A stretch of DNA of 64,000 bases from Octopus sinensis (GCF_006345805.1 NC_042999.1:129766001-129830000), one strand, 5' to 3'; shown: positions 1-13,029, counted from the first letter of the stretch. Numbers and translations are program-made. The notes: a model not told the origin generated them from the letters alone.

Positions 1-511
1 CATTTCAATAACTATGACAAAATCATGCTGAAAAGGTTAATTTTATTTATTTGTGAACCATAATAGTATAGATTGGATATCTTTGTAAAATGTCTTGTTG
101 CATCTTTGGTAATTCATTTGGCAAAAGTCAAGATATAAAAGGTCTCAAATGCTTTGGAACTATCTCATCCGAACCTCCATCTGATGATTCAGTAAAAAAT
201 GCAAACCAAAATGTTATTTGCTGTGAGGGAAAGAAATATAAAATTTCACGTATGTTTTCCATCAGTTTACTAAAAGGGTTGCTTCTTGAAATATATCTGT
301 TTATTTTGCCTTACCTTTTGGTTTCTGCTTAACTGACTTTTGCTGATATAAACCACTGAGTTGTTTTCTTCCATTCTGGTGATTATCTTTCTGCTAACTT
401 TGTCTCATATCAGATCACATTTTGTTCTTTCATTTCCTTGTATATTTATATCTGTATTTAACATGTTTTAAAATTCACAGATATGTCTGGTTGATCATAA
501 TTGTCTTTCAG

Positions 512-600
512 GCTTTCGTTTTTCCTGTCCACACTTTAATAATGAACACTCCAGTAGTTGTAGGAAATATAGTTACAGATAAACAGTTGTTACATGTTTG
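512..600 (+). CDS. Candidate upstream exon of the CCDC162-like gene (AFVFPVHTLIMNTPVVVGNIVTDKQLLHV)
   Basis: ctttcag acceptor and an open frame. The phase-2 end is compatible with exon 2012, but the donor (GTAGCT) is weak. Confidence 0.35.
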
Positions 601-1740
601 GTAGCTTACAGTTCTGATTTTGAATTTTGCAATATTTGAAACTATGGAGATTCAATAAAATTTATATCATTAATGTATAGGAATAAATAGTCAGATCTCT
701 TTTTCCCAAATTGATCCGTTTGATTTTCTCATGAGCGACTTATGTATTATAATATCCACTCCTTCATATAAAAATACAAGCAACCACATTTCTTGTGTGT
801 GTGTCTGCATGCACACACACACACGCATGCATGCGCACACACACACTCTCTTTCTCTCTCTCTCTAACTCTCTCATATTTCTGATAATTTCCCAGACTTT
901 TAAACTCCATCAACTACTAGATTTCAAATTCCACTGCTGGAAGTGGTTAGCTTATTTACTTAAAAATATTATTTTTCTTTCAGGTGACTCGGGTTTGACA
1001 TAAAAGATATTTTATTTTATAAAGTAGCTTGTTATCATAGTTATTTTGGGTGGCAGCAGCATCTTACATCCGTTATTCCATGCTTGCATGGGTTAGAGTG
1101 GTTTTCTGCTGCACAATATCTCACTACTTGTTTCAGTTCATTCCCATTTGCTTAATAAGGTTCAAATTCTTGAGTATTGATCACTTCTTCCCATGTCTTG
1201 CTTGATTTTCCTCTGCAATTGCTTATGGTAATCTGCTTCATTATGTATTTTTGGTGATTTCTGATTGATAGGCTTTTATCTTGTGCCACTTTAAGAACCC
1301 TTCAGTCTCTGCTCTGAGTCCCATGCTTCTCAGCTAGGGATTTTTCTTTGACTATTCCTATTCTATTCAACTTGTTCTATTGTTGTTGCAGTTTAATTTT
1401 GCCTTTTTTATATACTCAGATTTTGTTGGCACTCCTGGAGTCTTGCATGAGCAGTGGGCTTACTACCTGCAGCCTACAATATCATGCTATTTGTTCTCTT
1501 CAAATATCTAATACTTTCCTGATGATATTGGCTGTACCAAGGAGGCAAACGTTTTGCAACAGCTCTATTGGGCACCCTATTCCCATTTCCTTTATATTCC
1601 TCTCAATAACTTTTGATACTGTCACCAGCAATAACTGGCACTAAATGAAAGAAGTGGAGGACACTGATCCATCGAGTAACTGAGTCGACTTCGACTGAGC
1701 GGATAGATAGATAGATCTTCACCTTTTTCATTTTCTACAG

Positions 1741-1824
1741 TTGTGCAATCTTGTATTTAAGAGGACTGTATACAGCTATTTTTTCACTGATGTTATTGAA
1801 AAATGTTTAAAACAACATAAAAAT
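1741..1824 (+). CDS. Candidate upstream exon (LCNLVFKRTVYSYFFTDVIEKCLKQHKN)
   Basis: Very strong acceptor (tcttcacctttttcattttctacag), but the donor and phase are unresolved. Confidence 0.35.
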
Positions 1825-2011
1825 GTATTCAGAACTCTACTATAACTTGATAATGTACATATTTCTACAACATTTTAAAATAATCATGTTTTTAATGCTG
1901 AATATGCTGTTACTTAGTTTTGATAACCTTAAAGACTGTACTGTTAAAATAATTTTATCATTATTTTATAATTTACTTCAATATCTTTTAATCAAATTTC
2001 TTCTCAATTAG

Positions 2012-2214
2012 GCTTGCTGCAAATGGAGAAATTTCAGGAGTGAGTCTTCAGTTGGAAGATATTATTCTGTCAGAGTTTCCTGGATTCAGGCAATTTACAT
2101 CAAACTTAGAACCTACCTGGAAAACAAAAGTTACTAATTCCCTTTATAGGAATATTCTTGCAAAGGAAACAAATTTACCAAGTCCTAGTGCTAACAATTT
2201 TGTTGTACCATTTG
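2012..2214 (+). CDS. CCDC162: CCDC162-like gene, internal exon (LAANGEISG...NNFVVPF)
   Basis: Acceptor ttag at 2008-2011, donor GTGAGT at 2215, open frame, and phase 1 matches the next exon. The 5' boundary is less certain because an alternative phase-0 acceptor exists at 2051. Confidence 0.75.
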
Positions 2215-2544
2215 GTGAGTTGGGTTTAGTTATTTGAAGATATAACATTAGAAGGTTAAAATTGACCCAAATTTTATTCTCTGTTAGTTTGACTTTACTT
2301 TCACCCTTTAAGGGTTGATAAAATAAATACCAGTTGAACACTGGCAGTTAATGTATCAGTTTACCCCTCCCCCAAAATTGCTGACTTTGTGCCAAAATTT
2401 GGATGATATCTGTAAAGGCTCTCTGGTCAGCAGTTTTTCCAACTCTTAGTTATAAGATATTATTCTTCACTGGCTTGATGTGGGTTTAGCTTTCTGAATT
2501 TAGGGCATGGTGAAAGCTTTATAATCATACAACTTTCTTAATAT

Positions 2545-4109
2545 TGTAGTAAAGATTGTTTGCCAACATAACATGGCAGTCCTGGTTTAGGACTAACGTT
2601 GCTGAAATTTAACCCTAGGAGATGTCATCTCCAGCTGGCGATACACAGATATTGTTTTGAGCTGAGTGGGGGTGCTAGATTCCCTTCTTCGAAAATATAA
2701 GGACACAGATCATGTCGTATAGCCAGCTGGAGATAATGTCTCCCATGGCTAAATTACAGCAACATTAGTCCTAAACAAGGACTGCTATGTTACGAGGGGC
2801 GTTCAATAAGTAATGCCCCTGACCCACTTCCCATAGCAGTAGAGCAACGAAACTTGGCACAGTTATTAGTCTTTTTCTACATAGGAACCACCCAGAGTTA
2901 CGCATTTCTCCCATCATTTGATGCGGCTCTGGAGACCGTTTTTGTAGAAGAACCCAGCTTGGTCCTCCAACCTCAACGTGACTTCAGAAATCAAGGCTGC
3001 ATCATCTGGGAAACGCTTTCCTTTCAAAAACAACTTCATGATTGGGAAGAGGTGAAAATCAGAGGGTGCAAGGTCAGGAAAGTAGGGGGGATGGGGAGGA
3101 ATTCATAGCCATACGCCTGTGCTTCTGATCTGGCGACAAGTGAGTTGTGGACCGGAGCGTTGTCCTGCAGGAGGAGGATGCCTTTGCTGATCTTGCCCCG
3201 CCTCTTGATTTTGATAACTTCTCTTAATTTCCTCAAAAATGAAGCATAATAGGCTCCTGCAATTGTGGTACCCTTTGCCAGGAAATCTGTCATCACTACT
3301 CCGTCCTGGTCCCAGAAGACTGTGAGCATGACCTTGCCAGCGGAAGGCTGCACCCTTGCCTTCTTTGGAGGGGGTGAGTCATGGTGCCTCCACTGCATTG
3401 ACTGGGATTTGGTCTCTGGATCATCGTGATAGACCCAGGTTTCATGCTGTGTAATCAGTCTGTTGAAAAATTTTGACTCATCTTCTTGGCACATCTCCAA
3501 ATTCACCCTCGAGCACTCGACGCGTTCTTGCTTCTGGAAAGGCGTGACCAACCTGGGAATCCATCTGGCAGACACCTTTTGCATATGCAAATGGTCATGA
3601 ATGATAGTTTCCACAGACCCGGTACTAATCTTGACCTCATGGGCTATTTGGCGAATAATTATGCGTCGATCTTCCAAAATGGCAGCCTCAACTTGACGGA
3701 CAGATGCCTCATCAATGGCAGAAGGGGGTGACCAGATCTGGGAGCTGTTTCCACAGAGTTCCGATCCTGTTTGAATTCACGATGCCAGCGTTTTACAAGG
3801 TCATATGATGGGGCATCATCACCATAAGTTACTTTTATTTCATCAAAAGTCTCCCGTGGTGTGCGTCCTTTCAAATACAAAAACCGGATCACTGCTCGAC
3901 ACTCAACAGGCTCCATTTCACACTTGACTTGGTTCAAACACCTGTAAATCAGAAACCAGAATTAATTCAGAGCTGTAATTTGCCACTTACTCTATAGAGA
4001 TATAAATGATTGCACATGCAAAATTTCAGCTAGATCAAACAACTACAAGTGGGTCAGAGGCATTACTTATTGAACGTCCCTCGTATGTTGGCAAACAATC
4101 TTTACTACA
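2545..4109. mobile_element. Foldback MITE with roughly 100-bp inverted arms, right arm interrupted by the mariner
   Basis: 2545-2645 is the reverse complement of 2713-2792 joined to 4086-4109. A second uninterrupted partial copy lies at about 4291-4500. Confidence 0.75.
2793..4083 (-). mobile_element. Mariner (DD34D) DNA transposon, full length, frameshifted transposase
   Basis: Roughly 37-bp TIRs (CGAGGG.CGTTCAATAAGTAATGCC) flanked by TA. ORFs 3659-3937 and 3036-3677 carry KVSARWIPR, HETWVY, KVMLTVFWD and QDNAPVH motifs. Confidence 0.95.
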
Positions 4110-4949
4110 AAGTACTGTTGCTGAATATCTCACGTTATGAGATTTAAAAATAGTAATTTTCTAATTTATAAATCAGTGACTAGTTGTCACTTTGAAAACT
4201 ATATATTTCGAATGGGAATTTGGCAGCACCACCTCTAGCCAAGCAATTATTTTGTGCTGATGAAGAGAAATAACCCAGAAATCCCGATTTGCAGATATTG
4301 TTTTGAGCTGCGTGGGGGTACTAGATTCCCTTCTTCAAAAATATAAGGACACAGATCGTGTTGTATAGTCAGCTGGAGATGATGTCTCCTGGGGCTAAAT
4401 TACAGCAACAGTAATCCTAAACCAGGACTGCCATGTTATGTTGGCAAACAACCTTTACTATAAGGTACTGTTGCTGAATATCTCACGTTGTGAGATTTTA
4501 ATTTTCTAATTTCTTAATATTGGTTTCAAATTTTGGCACATGGCCAGCAATTTCAGGGGAGGGGATAAATCAATGACATTGATTCCAGTGCTCAATTGAC
4601 ACTTATTGTATTCACCCTGAAAGGATGAAAGGCAAAGTCAACCTCAGTGGAATTTTAACTCAGAATGTACAGACAGATAAAATGCCACTACGCATTTTGC
4701 CTGATGTTCTAACAATTCTACCAGCTTACTGCCTTAATGTGACTTTCTTAATATTAGCATTTTTTACTAATGGACCAGAGATATATTTATTGTAGCATCA
4801 TCACAAGAACCGACATTTTAGTTCTTTCTTTATTCTACACTATACTGTTTTTATTTTGAAATAATTTCTCTTTTTGGTGAACTGCTTCAATATTGACAAT
4901 TGTCTTCGAAAATACAAACAAAACGAAAAGATATTTAAAGGCAAGCTGT

Positions 4950-5173
4950 TTAAACCTTTCGTTACCAACCTGGCTGAATCTGGCTCTGTAGCACAAATGT
5001 TTTGTTTTCATAAATTTTAAATTAAAATCTTCCCCCAAACCTTAGTCACAGTTTATGTTCCTAACACCAGCTTAATGATAACTAAATCATTTTACTAAAT
5101 TCTTTGTTATATTATAAAATATTTGAAAGAAACACAGAGCATCTCAAAATAAATACAGTAACGAAAAGGTTAA
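4950..5173. mobile_element. TTAA-flanked (piggyBac/Kolobok-like) MITE
   Basis: CCTTTCGTTAC / GTAACGAAAAGG termini next to TTAA. Confidence 0.7.
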
Positions 5174-5479
5174 TTACAATCACAGCTAGCAGTGGGGTAT
5201 TTATATAGTCGATTTTGTTTTCAGAATTGTCAAAAAACAAAGAATTTCCCTCAAAGTATATTGTAAGGCTTTACAAAATAGTAAGTAGCTTGCTAATAAT
5301 ATTGCATTTTTAACTTGAAAATAATGTCTAGTAAGGTTATTTCAATGAAATTCTACTTTGCACATGAAATTCTCAATGTTCACAACTGCAGCTGTTTTCA
5401 GTTAACAAACTATTCTTTTCTGTATAGAAAGGATGTTTCTATATACTATTACATGTTTAAAAAATTTTTTTTTACTCAG

Positions 5480-5684
5480 CTGATTTTCCACTACAAGGTA
5501 TAGAAGAAGACTCATCAGAAGAAGACTCAACAGTAGAAGTGAACGTAGAACCAACTGATATTTATCTGGTTTTAAGATGTTACCTAATACTCTGGAAACA
5601 ACTTGAAGTTTTAAAGAAGTGCTGGAAAAATAATGTTCTTTGTTTATCTTCAGGGAACCCTGTGACAGATTATCAAGAATTTTG
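5480..5684 (+). CDS. CCDC162: CCDC162-like exon (ADFPLQGIEEDSSEE...LRCYLILWKQLEVLKKCW...YQEF)
   Basis: tttactcag acceptor, GTAATT donor, phases 1->2. The LILWKQLEV motif matches my recollection of CCDC162. Confidence 0.9.
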
Positions 5685-6030
5685 GTAATTATATACCTTT
5701 TCTCATATTTTGTGTACCTCAACTGTTTTTGTTTTTAGCCTATACTGTGGCTGTTGTGGTCAAAGTATTATTGTTAATCTCATGCTAAACTTTATTCTCT
5801 TAGCCATATAATTAACATTATATTATTACCCATATTATATTATTGCCTCTGAAAGTCAATATCTTATCATAAGCAGCCATTTCATTAGCTTTGTTGTTAC
5901 TTATTTTCCCATTTGTTAAACATATTATTTTGTTCATTATTTACATTATTTACATTTGACGGATATTTGTCATCTTGCTTGTTGTTAACACGTTTAGGCT
6001 GATATACCCTCCAACCCTCAGCTTTTGATG

Positions 6031-6059
6031 CTATTATTATGATAATGATTATTATTATT

Positions 6060-6100
<41 letters not shown>

Positions 6101-6107
6101 TATCATT

Positions 6108-6142
<35 letters not shown>

Positions 6143-6770
6143 TATTATTATTATTATTATTCAGGTTTTTTATGTGAAGTCATTAAATCTTAGTGCTGTT
6201 TGTATGTATGTATGTATGTATGTTTGTATGTATGTATGTATGTATGTATGTATGTATGTATGTATGTATCTATGTATGTATGTATGTGTATGTGTGTGTA
6301 TGCTTGTGTGTATGTTTGTGTGCATGTGTGTGTATGTGCACGTGTGTGCATGCATGCATGGATATGTATGCATGCACTTACGTACATACATTAAGTATAT
6401 TTGAGCATGTCTAGATATGCAATTTATGAATGAGAAGACATACATAAAACAAAACATACAAATCTGCATGTATGCATGCATACATACGTATGCACATACA
6501 TACATACATACATACATACAAACAAAAAGACCCTGTTGTTGATGTTGAAATTACAATGAAAGAGCCTTGGATCTAAGTTAGAAACTGGCTCTTTCTCTAT
6601 TGACAAGAAATCTTGAAATAAAACTGAATAATGACATACATATATACATACATATATACTTACAGATACACATACATACATACATACATACATACATACA
6701 TACATACATACATACATACGTGTGTACATACACACACACACATACACACACACACATACACACACTCAAT
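6031..6770. repeat. Microsatellite cluster: (ATC/ATT)n, (TATG)n and (CATA)n
   Basis: Directly visible; it explains the poly-M/I and MYVC/HTYI ORFs. Confidence 0.97.
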
Positions 6771-7170
6771 ACAGAAACTTCCTTCCAAAAGGTTCATGTC
6801 ATTCCGTTTCTAAGTTTTTTTTAAATAGTTAATAATTTTTAAGAAAATCCTTCTTCAAATATTATGATTGTATATGTATTTTTAGGGGGCAAAGACTTTA
6901 ATATATATATATATATATATAGGGAGAATTCACATAAAAACAAAAGACAAAGACAGGTGATGTAGACAACAAACAGATGTATTAGTTTAACACTCAGGAA
7001 GTGAAAAAGTCTTTAGCGTTTCGAGCCTATGCTCTTCTACAGAAAGAAACACACAAAGAAACAAGGAGGAAAAATAAAGAATGTCTATTGGCTAGCATTC
7101 TATGATGGCATATGCCAGACAGAGGGGTCACACAGGAGAGCTAGGAAGAAGGGGAGATAATAAAGTAGTG

Positions 7171-7174
<4 letters not shown>

Positions 7175-7265
<91 letters not shown>
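7175..7265. repeat. (TA)n(GA)n microsatellite
   Basis: Directly visible. Confidence 0.95.
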
Positions 7266-7619
7266 CACACACACAATCAAAGGTGCAGAAACGCGGTACT
7301 CTGAATAAATTAAAATGTAACGTAATCCAAGGGTAGAGTAAGAAATCCGTGAATCAGGTGCTCTAAATCAGTCAGAAGGATGAGGACAGTCCATGTGAGT
7401 GTGCAGTAAATAGTCAATTCAAATAAACAGATCAAAAACGATAAAAAGAAAAACAATGAATGTGAGGATCTGCATGGGAAGTGTATCAGCTTGACACTCA
7501 GTGAAAGAGGTGAGTTTAATCTTTCGAGCATAGCTCTTTATTGGAAAGGAGAAAGGGAAAAGTCCAAAGACAGAAAAGAAGAAATGAAACAGCAAACACT
7601 CTGGCTGCCGGTGTGAAAG

Positions 7620-7653
7620 AATAACAATAATAATAATAATATTAATAATAATA

Positions 7654-7692
<39 letters not shown>

Positions 7693-7745
7693 CAACAATA
7701 ACAATAATAATAATAATAATAATATAATAATAATAATAATAATAA
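7620..7745. repeat. (AAT)n microsatellite
   Basis: Directly visible. Confidence 0.95.
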
Positions 7746-7867
7746 TGAGATAGAATTGGACATTTGCATTTTTAACTAGAGCTATAACCAACAGTACTCA
7801 GTCAGCTAAACTGTGACAAAATGAGATAAATGAATGAATGAATAAATTTCATTATTGGATTTTTCAG

Positions 7868-8018
7868 TAAAATATATCGGAAAAAAATCCTCTTCCCAGT
7901 TCTTCAGAATTTAGACCAGAAGAAGTATAGCAGAACATCAGTTGTAGGATTTGCAAATGTTGTGGACCCTTTAGTCACTCCACCATCAGTTTCTGACTTT
8001 GATGTAAAAGGCAACCAA
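7868..8018 (+). CDS. CCDC162: CCDC162-like exon (KIYRKKILFPVLQ...SDFDVKGNQ)
   Basis: ttttcag acceptor, GTGAGT donor, phases 2->0, in frame with both neighbours. Confidence 0.9.
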
Positions 8019-8875
8019 GTGAGTATCATTAGTCTTATTTCACTTCTAATTACCTTGTATGTTTCTGCTGAATGCCTGTTTCCATGTCTGCATGGAACAA
8101 GGGCGTTAAATGCCTCCATGGCCACTGATGATGACGTTTGTGATAAATACTCTTTTAAATTGAATCTATAACTGGGTCCTGTTGGAATCCATTTATTTGA
8201 GACAGTGTTTTACAACTGGATGCTCTTTCTGTTGCTCACCTTCCCTACTTTTCAAGTAAAGGATTATTTTTGCAACACAGATCTTTGAAATTATATAGCA
8301 ATTAAGTAAGCCAGTGTTACTCTGAAATTATGGAATGCAACATGGTAGATTTGAACTATGTTGACAGATGAACTTCACTAAATGGTGAATATCACTAGAT
8401 ACTGAGTGGATGAACTGTCAACAAACTGTCAATGGCCAAAATCAACCAGTTCAGTTAGCAAACTTTTACTATCATCTGTAGTTGTGCAGATGAGATATCA
8501 AGCTATTAAAAGATCAGTATTACTTATTGGTCCAAGCAAGTCACCTGACCAGCTGATGGTGATGATAATCATACTTGTTTGAAGTAAATAAAATGATGAT
8601 GGAAATGATAATGGGAGTAGATCTGTAATAATGATGAACCTGGTCTTTACTTTGCTAAAGAAATAATGAAAATCAACAACCAAGTGTAAAAAGTGTCATC
8701 CTCATAGCACTGTGAATGTATTCAATCACGTGCCTTTCACTGACCTCTGAGCAAGAGATATTTCCTGTTCTGTTTACCTTGCAGCAGAATGGATAAAACA
8801 GAGAATGATAAGAGCTAAAATGCTAAAATTACCGGAAATTATAATTTGTTTTCCTTCTCATTGCTCAAAATATCT

Positions 8876-9700
8876 GGTGAGGTAGAATATGTGATTACCA
8901 CCTTAGATAGTTAAACTATACAGGGAAGGGTTTTAGCCAATGACTGGTATAGCAGTATCATCATAAACTACTACAAAAGAAAAGGAAATGCCTTTAGGGA
9001 GAGGAAATTATAAGGCTATGGATCAAGTTCTGAAGATTGAGGAAAGAGTTGTAGCACAGATGATCTCTGACAGAATAGATCTAGATGAGATGCAGTTTGA
9101 CTTTGGACTTAAAAGAGGTACCATGGATGCAATCCTCCTAGTGGGGTAGCTGAAGGGGAAATACTTGGCTAAGAACAAACCACTGTACCTGGCATTTGTT
9201 GATTTGGAGAAGATGTTTGACAGAGTACCACAATCAGTAATTTGGTAGTCACTAAAAAAACTAGGTGTAGATGAATGGCTTATGAGGACTGTACAAGCTA
9301 TGTACAAAGATGCAATAAATATAGTAAGAATCAACAATGCTTTCAAGGATGAATCTAGCATGAAGATAGGAGTCCACCAAGATTCAGTCTTCAGTCTTCT
9401 CCTATTCATTCTACAAGCCATCACAGATGAGGTTCAGACTGTTGTCCATGGGAACTCCTATTTGCTGATGATTTAGTTCTCTTAGCTGAACATATACAAA
9501 AATTAAAGAAGAAATTCAAAGCATGGAAACTAAACCTAGAATTGAGAGGCCTCAAAGTAAATTTAACGAAGATGAAGGTTTTAGTAAGTAGGAAACATGG
9601 GAGGACTTCAGTATCTTCAGGAAAATGGACTTGCTTGATATGCAGGAAAAGAGTAGGTATAAACTCCAAACACTGTACTCAATGTAAACCATAGACACAA
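8876..9700 (+). mobile_element. RTE-clade LINE reverse-transcriptase fragment
   Basis: FVDLEKMFDRVP, GVHQDSV and GCPWELLFADDL-like remnants with stops and frameshifts. Confidence 0.85.
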
Positions 9701-9760
9701 ATTTTATAAATGGTGGGGATTTTTTTCTGTTAATTATTTTGTTAATTGTTCTTCTTTTAG

Positions 9761-9898
9761 CTTGTGAAACTGTTAGAAAGCTTTGAGTGTCACATGATCA
9801 AAAAAGCCATCAAAGAAATAAATAAGGATCTTTCCTTAGCCATTGCTGAGCGAGCCCGTGAAGAAATTGTACTACCTACTGATTTATGGAGAAAACGT
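9761..9898 (+). CDS. CCDC162: CCDC162-like exon (LVKLLESFE...ERAREEIVLPTDLWRKR)
   Basis: cttcttttag acceptor, GTAAGT donor, 46 codons. LPTDLW is recalled as a CCDC162 motif. Confidence 0.92.
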
Positions 9899-10012
9899 GT
9901 AAGTAGATAGTATTTTGTTTTTAGTTTTACAAGCAACATGTTTTTAGACCTCTGATTTTACATTCCTCCCACTGCTTCAAGTATCTTTCTTCAGAATGTG
10001 TTACTAATCATA

Positions 10013-11166
10013 TCTATAAAAGGGAGGATTTGTGTGCGTGTGTGTGTGCGTGTGTTTGTACGTGATTGTAATTTATGCACATCCACAAATTAGCATGCAT
10101 GTCGCTCATATTTTAGGAGGACATTTGTCAACATCCTATCTGGGTTTTGTTAACTTATTTTTTTCCCAAGGCACCCGCGGATAGGGTAAAAATCTATTTT
10201 CAACCATTTTCAACCATAGCTTTTAACCATAACAAATATCAGCCATTGCTTTCTGATGGCGTCTAACAAAAATAAGATAAAGAAAAGTGGAAGAAGGAGG
10301 CAGAGAGTTTCATAGGAAAGACAAAGGGAGAGAGAGAGCCATTGCTTTTTTGACTGCGTCTAACAAAAAAAATACGATAAAGAAAAGTGGAAGAAGGAGG
10401 CAGAGAGTTTCACAGGAAAGACAAAGTGAGAGAGGGAGAGAGAGAGAGTAAGTGACTACATTCATAAAAAATAAAATGTTAAATGTTTTGTTTTTGAAAG
10501 GCACACTATATTTTATAATCATAGTATATATACTTTCTCACACAACAATTACAATATATTTATTTTAAATCGTTCATCTTTTCCCCCCGCTCTCTCTCTC
10601 TCTCTCACACACATTACTTTGGGTGCAAAAGAGTTTTGTTTTTATCTTACGCTGAGTAAAAAAGTGTTTTGTTGACAATCCATTTATTGAACAACAAAGA
10701 AACAAAGAGGAGAGTAACAATTTGTCAGTGAATTACACAATATAAATGGGTACAATTTGCGAGGCTTCCACCACATCCCACTCTATTTCACGGACCACAA
10801 AAAGGGTTTTGAGGCCAGAGTAGTTGATTCCATTCAAAAACACCGATTTTTTTTCTTAATGAAAATTGTGCGAGTGTTAATCTACAAATTTAACAACATT
10901 TTTTCCATTCATTTCTGTTTATGAACATGTATGCGTGCACAAAACATGCAATAGGTGTATGTACGTACGTGTGTGTATGTGTGTTCGCGTCTGTTGTCCA
11001 TATATATTTATATTATATTATATATATATAATATATATATATAACTAATTTCAACGGATTTCGCCCAAATTTGACATCTATATTACTTAGTTTGGTTTGA
11101 AATAAAGAACTTTATTAGCTTAATAATCGTAACTTAATCCCGGGCAAGGCTGGGTTATACTGCTAG
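10013..11166 (+). mobile_element. Non-autonomous Helitron with an internal roughly 90-bp duplication
   Basis: A|TC start, CCCGGGCAAGGCTGGG hairpin and CTAG|T end. The duplicated blocks are at about 10241-10330 and 10336-10430. Confidence 0.7.
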
Positions 11167-11839
11167 TATATTTATAAAGCCTGGGTATTTTTTTTTTTAG
11201 AATAGATATGCAGAAATGGCTGTGTGGTTAAGAGGCTCACTTTGCAACCACATGGTTTTGGATTCAATCCTACTTTCCAGCACCTTGGACAAGTGTCTCC
11301 TACTATTTCCCTAGGTCAACCAATGCTTTGTGGGTAAATTTGGTAGACAAAATCTGTAGAAGCCAGTCCTCTGTGTGTGTGTGTGTGAGTGTGTGTGTGC
11401 GTGCGTGTGTGCATGCGTGCGTGTGCATGTGTGTGCATGTGTATGCATGTTTTTTTGTGTCTGTGTTTGCTGCTCCTTGTGCTTGATAATTGGTGCTGGT
11501 TTGCTTACATCTTCGTAAATTTGAGCAGTTCTCAAAAGAGTCTGATAGAATAAGTAAGTACAGACTTAAAAAGTAAGTACTGGGGTCAATCTGTTCTACT
11601 AAAACCCATTCAAGGCAGTTCCCCTGTATAGCTGTTGCCCAATGACTTGAAGCAATTAAAAGGTAAAAGAAAATATCCATGTGCGTTATAAGAAGTGACT
11701 AAAAGAGATGACACTTGAAGAACATCTGGCTGAAAAACATTACCTCAAAAAGTCCCATCCAGCCTTTGCCAGAATTGAGGAAAGATGTAAAACAATGATG
11801 ATGCTGTTTCTATCAAGTTTTCATTCTCTGCTTGAGGTC

Positions 11840-12425
11840 TTCAGCAATGTTCAATTTGGAACCTAAAACTTAGGTATTTGGGTAAGCAGTTCGGAAGTAG
11901 ACATCAAACTCAGGGGGGCACAAGCATGGACAGCCTGTCACAAGATAAAGAAGGTCTGGAACTCCAAATTGCCCAGGCAAATCATAATCAAGCTGTTCAT
12001 TGCAACTGTCAGATCAGTGCTATTATATGGCAGTGAAACATGGACACTGACACAGAAATTATCAAACAGGTTAAATGGATGCTACATGAGAATGCTATGA
12101 ATGATCCTAAATGTGAAATAGTGGCAACATATGACAAATGAATGCCTTTATGGAGACCTGTCAAAAGTTAGCAAGAAGATCAGGCAAAGACGGCTGCAAC
12201 TATCTGGTCACTGTGTGTACCCCACTGAACTGGAAGCATCCAAATTGGTCTTGTGGAATCCACTTCTTGGTGATGTAAGAAGAGAAAAACATTGTCATGC
12301 TTACATTGACAACTTGATTGCAGACATTGGCCTGGAATGTATCCAGGACCATGAGGCAGTGATGTTGGACCAAGAAGTGTTGTGGGTGGACTTTGTTGCT
12401 GCAGCCCAAGTTGGAACCTGGCCAT
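11840..12425 (+). mobile_element. LINE RT 3' fragment (RTE-like)
   Basis: VLLYGSETWTL and RRLQLSGHC remnants. Confidence 0.7.
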
Positions 12426-13029
12426 AATAATAATAATTCTCTACAATAATTGGTTTCTGTGCCTAGGTCATGAGTGTTGGGTAATAACCAAATGAGTATG
12501 ATTGTGAACACAAGCAGCTGAATTGGGGTTCTTCTTAAGGATGTCTGGCGTAATGTTACTTGACAGAGTTCATTGCTGAGAGATCAGGGAGTCAGTCCAG
12601 GTCAAGTTGCTATTTCTCCACATTAAATGGTCACAGCTCCAGTTCTACAATCACAGTAGATAGACTGATGCAGGAAAAGATAGAAAGACTGATTCTCTAA
12701 GCCAAGCCAACTAACAGGTGATGTAAGGGTGGGCCAAGAGTGCAATGGTCATATAATTAACCATAGTCTCACTTGATGGTACTTGGAAATACACCAGGAA
12801 ATTGTGATGTTGGTTGCTTATCTGAAGAACCCTCCCAAGAATCGTGGGCGGTGAAATGGATGGATGGATATTTTTTAATGAATATTCTAGTTAATTCAAT
12901 AACTGGCTAGAGTAGAATCTACTCTGAGTATAACTTCCTCTCTTCTACTACCACTTACAGATGACGATGGTGGGTGGGTGATCAGAAGAGAATTAGAGGA
13001 CTGTTTACCTTAGAAATGTAATGCTGTAA

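Noticed and set aside
984-1003. Strong acceptor tttcttttcag|GTGACT
   Set aside because: All three frames stop within about 20 nt, so it cannot be placed as a coding exon.
5897-6824. Numerous ORFs (poly-M/I, MYVC, HTYI repeats)
   Set aside because: They are translations of microsatellites in several frames, with no splice-consistent coding signal. The same applies at 16.5, 48.3, 53.6, 56.6 and 58.2 kb.
8359-8422. GTTGACAG…CTGTCAAC possible pre-miRNA hairpin
   Set aside because: Only 8 terminal base pairs; the interior pairs poorly.
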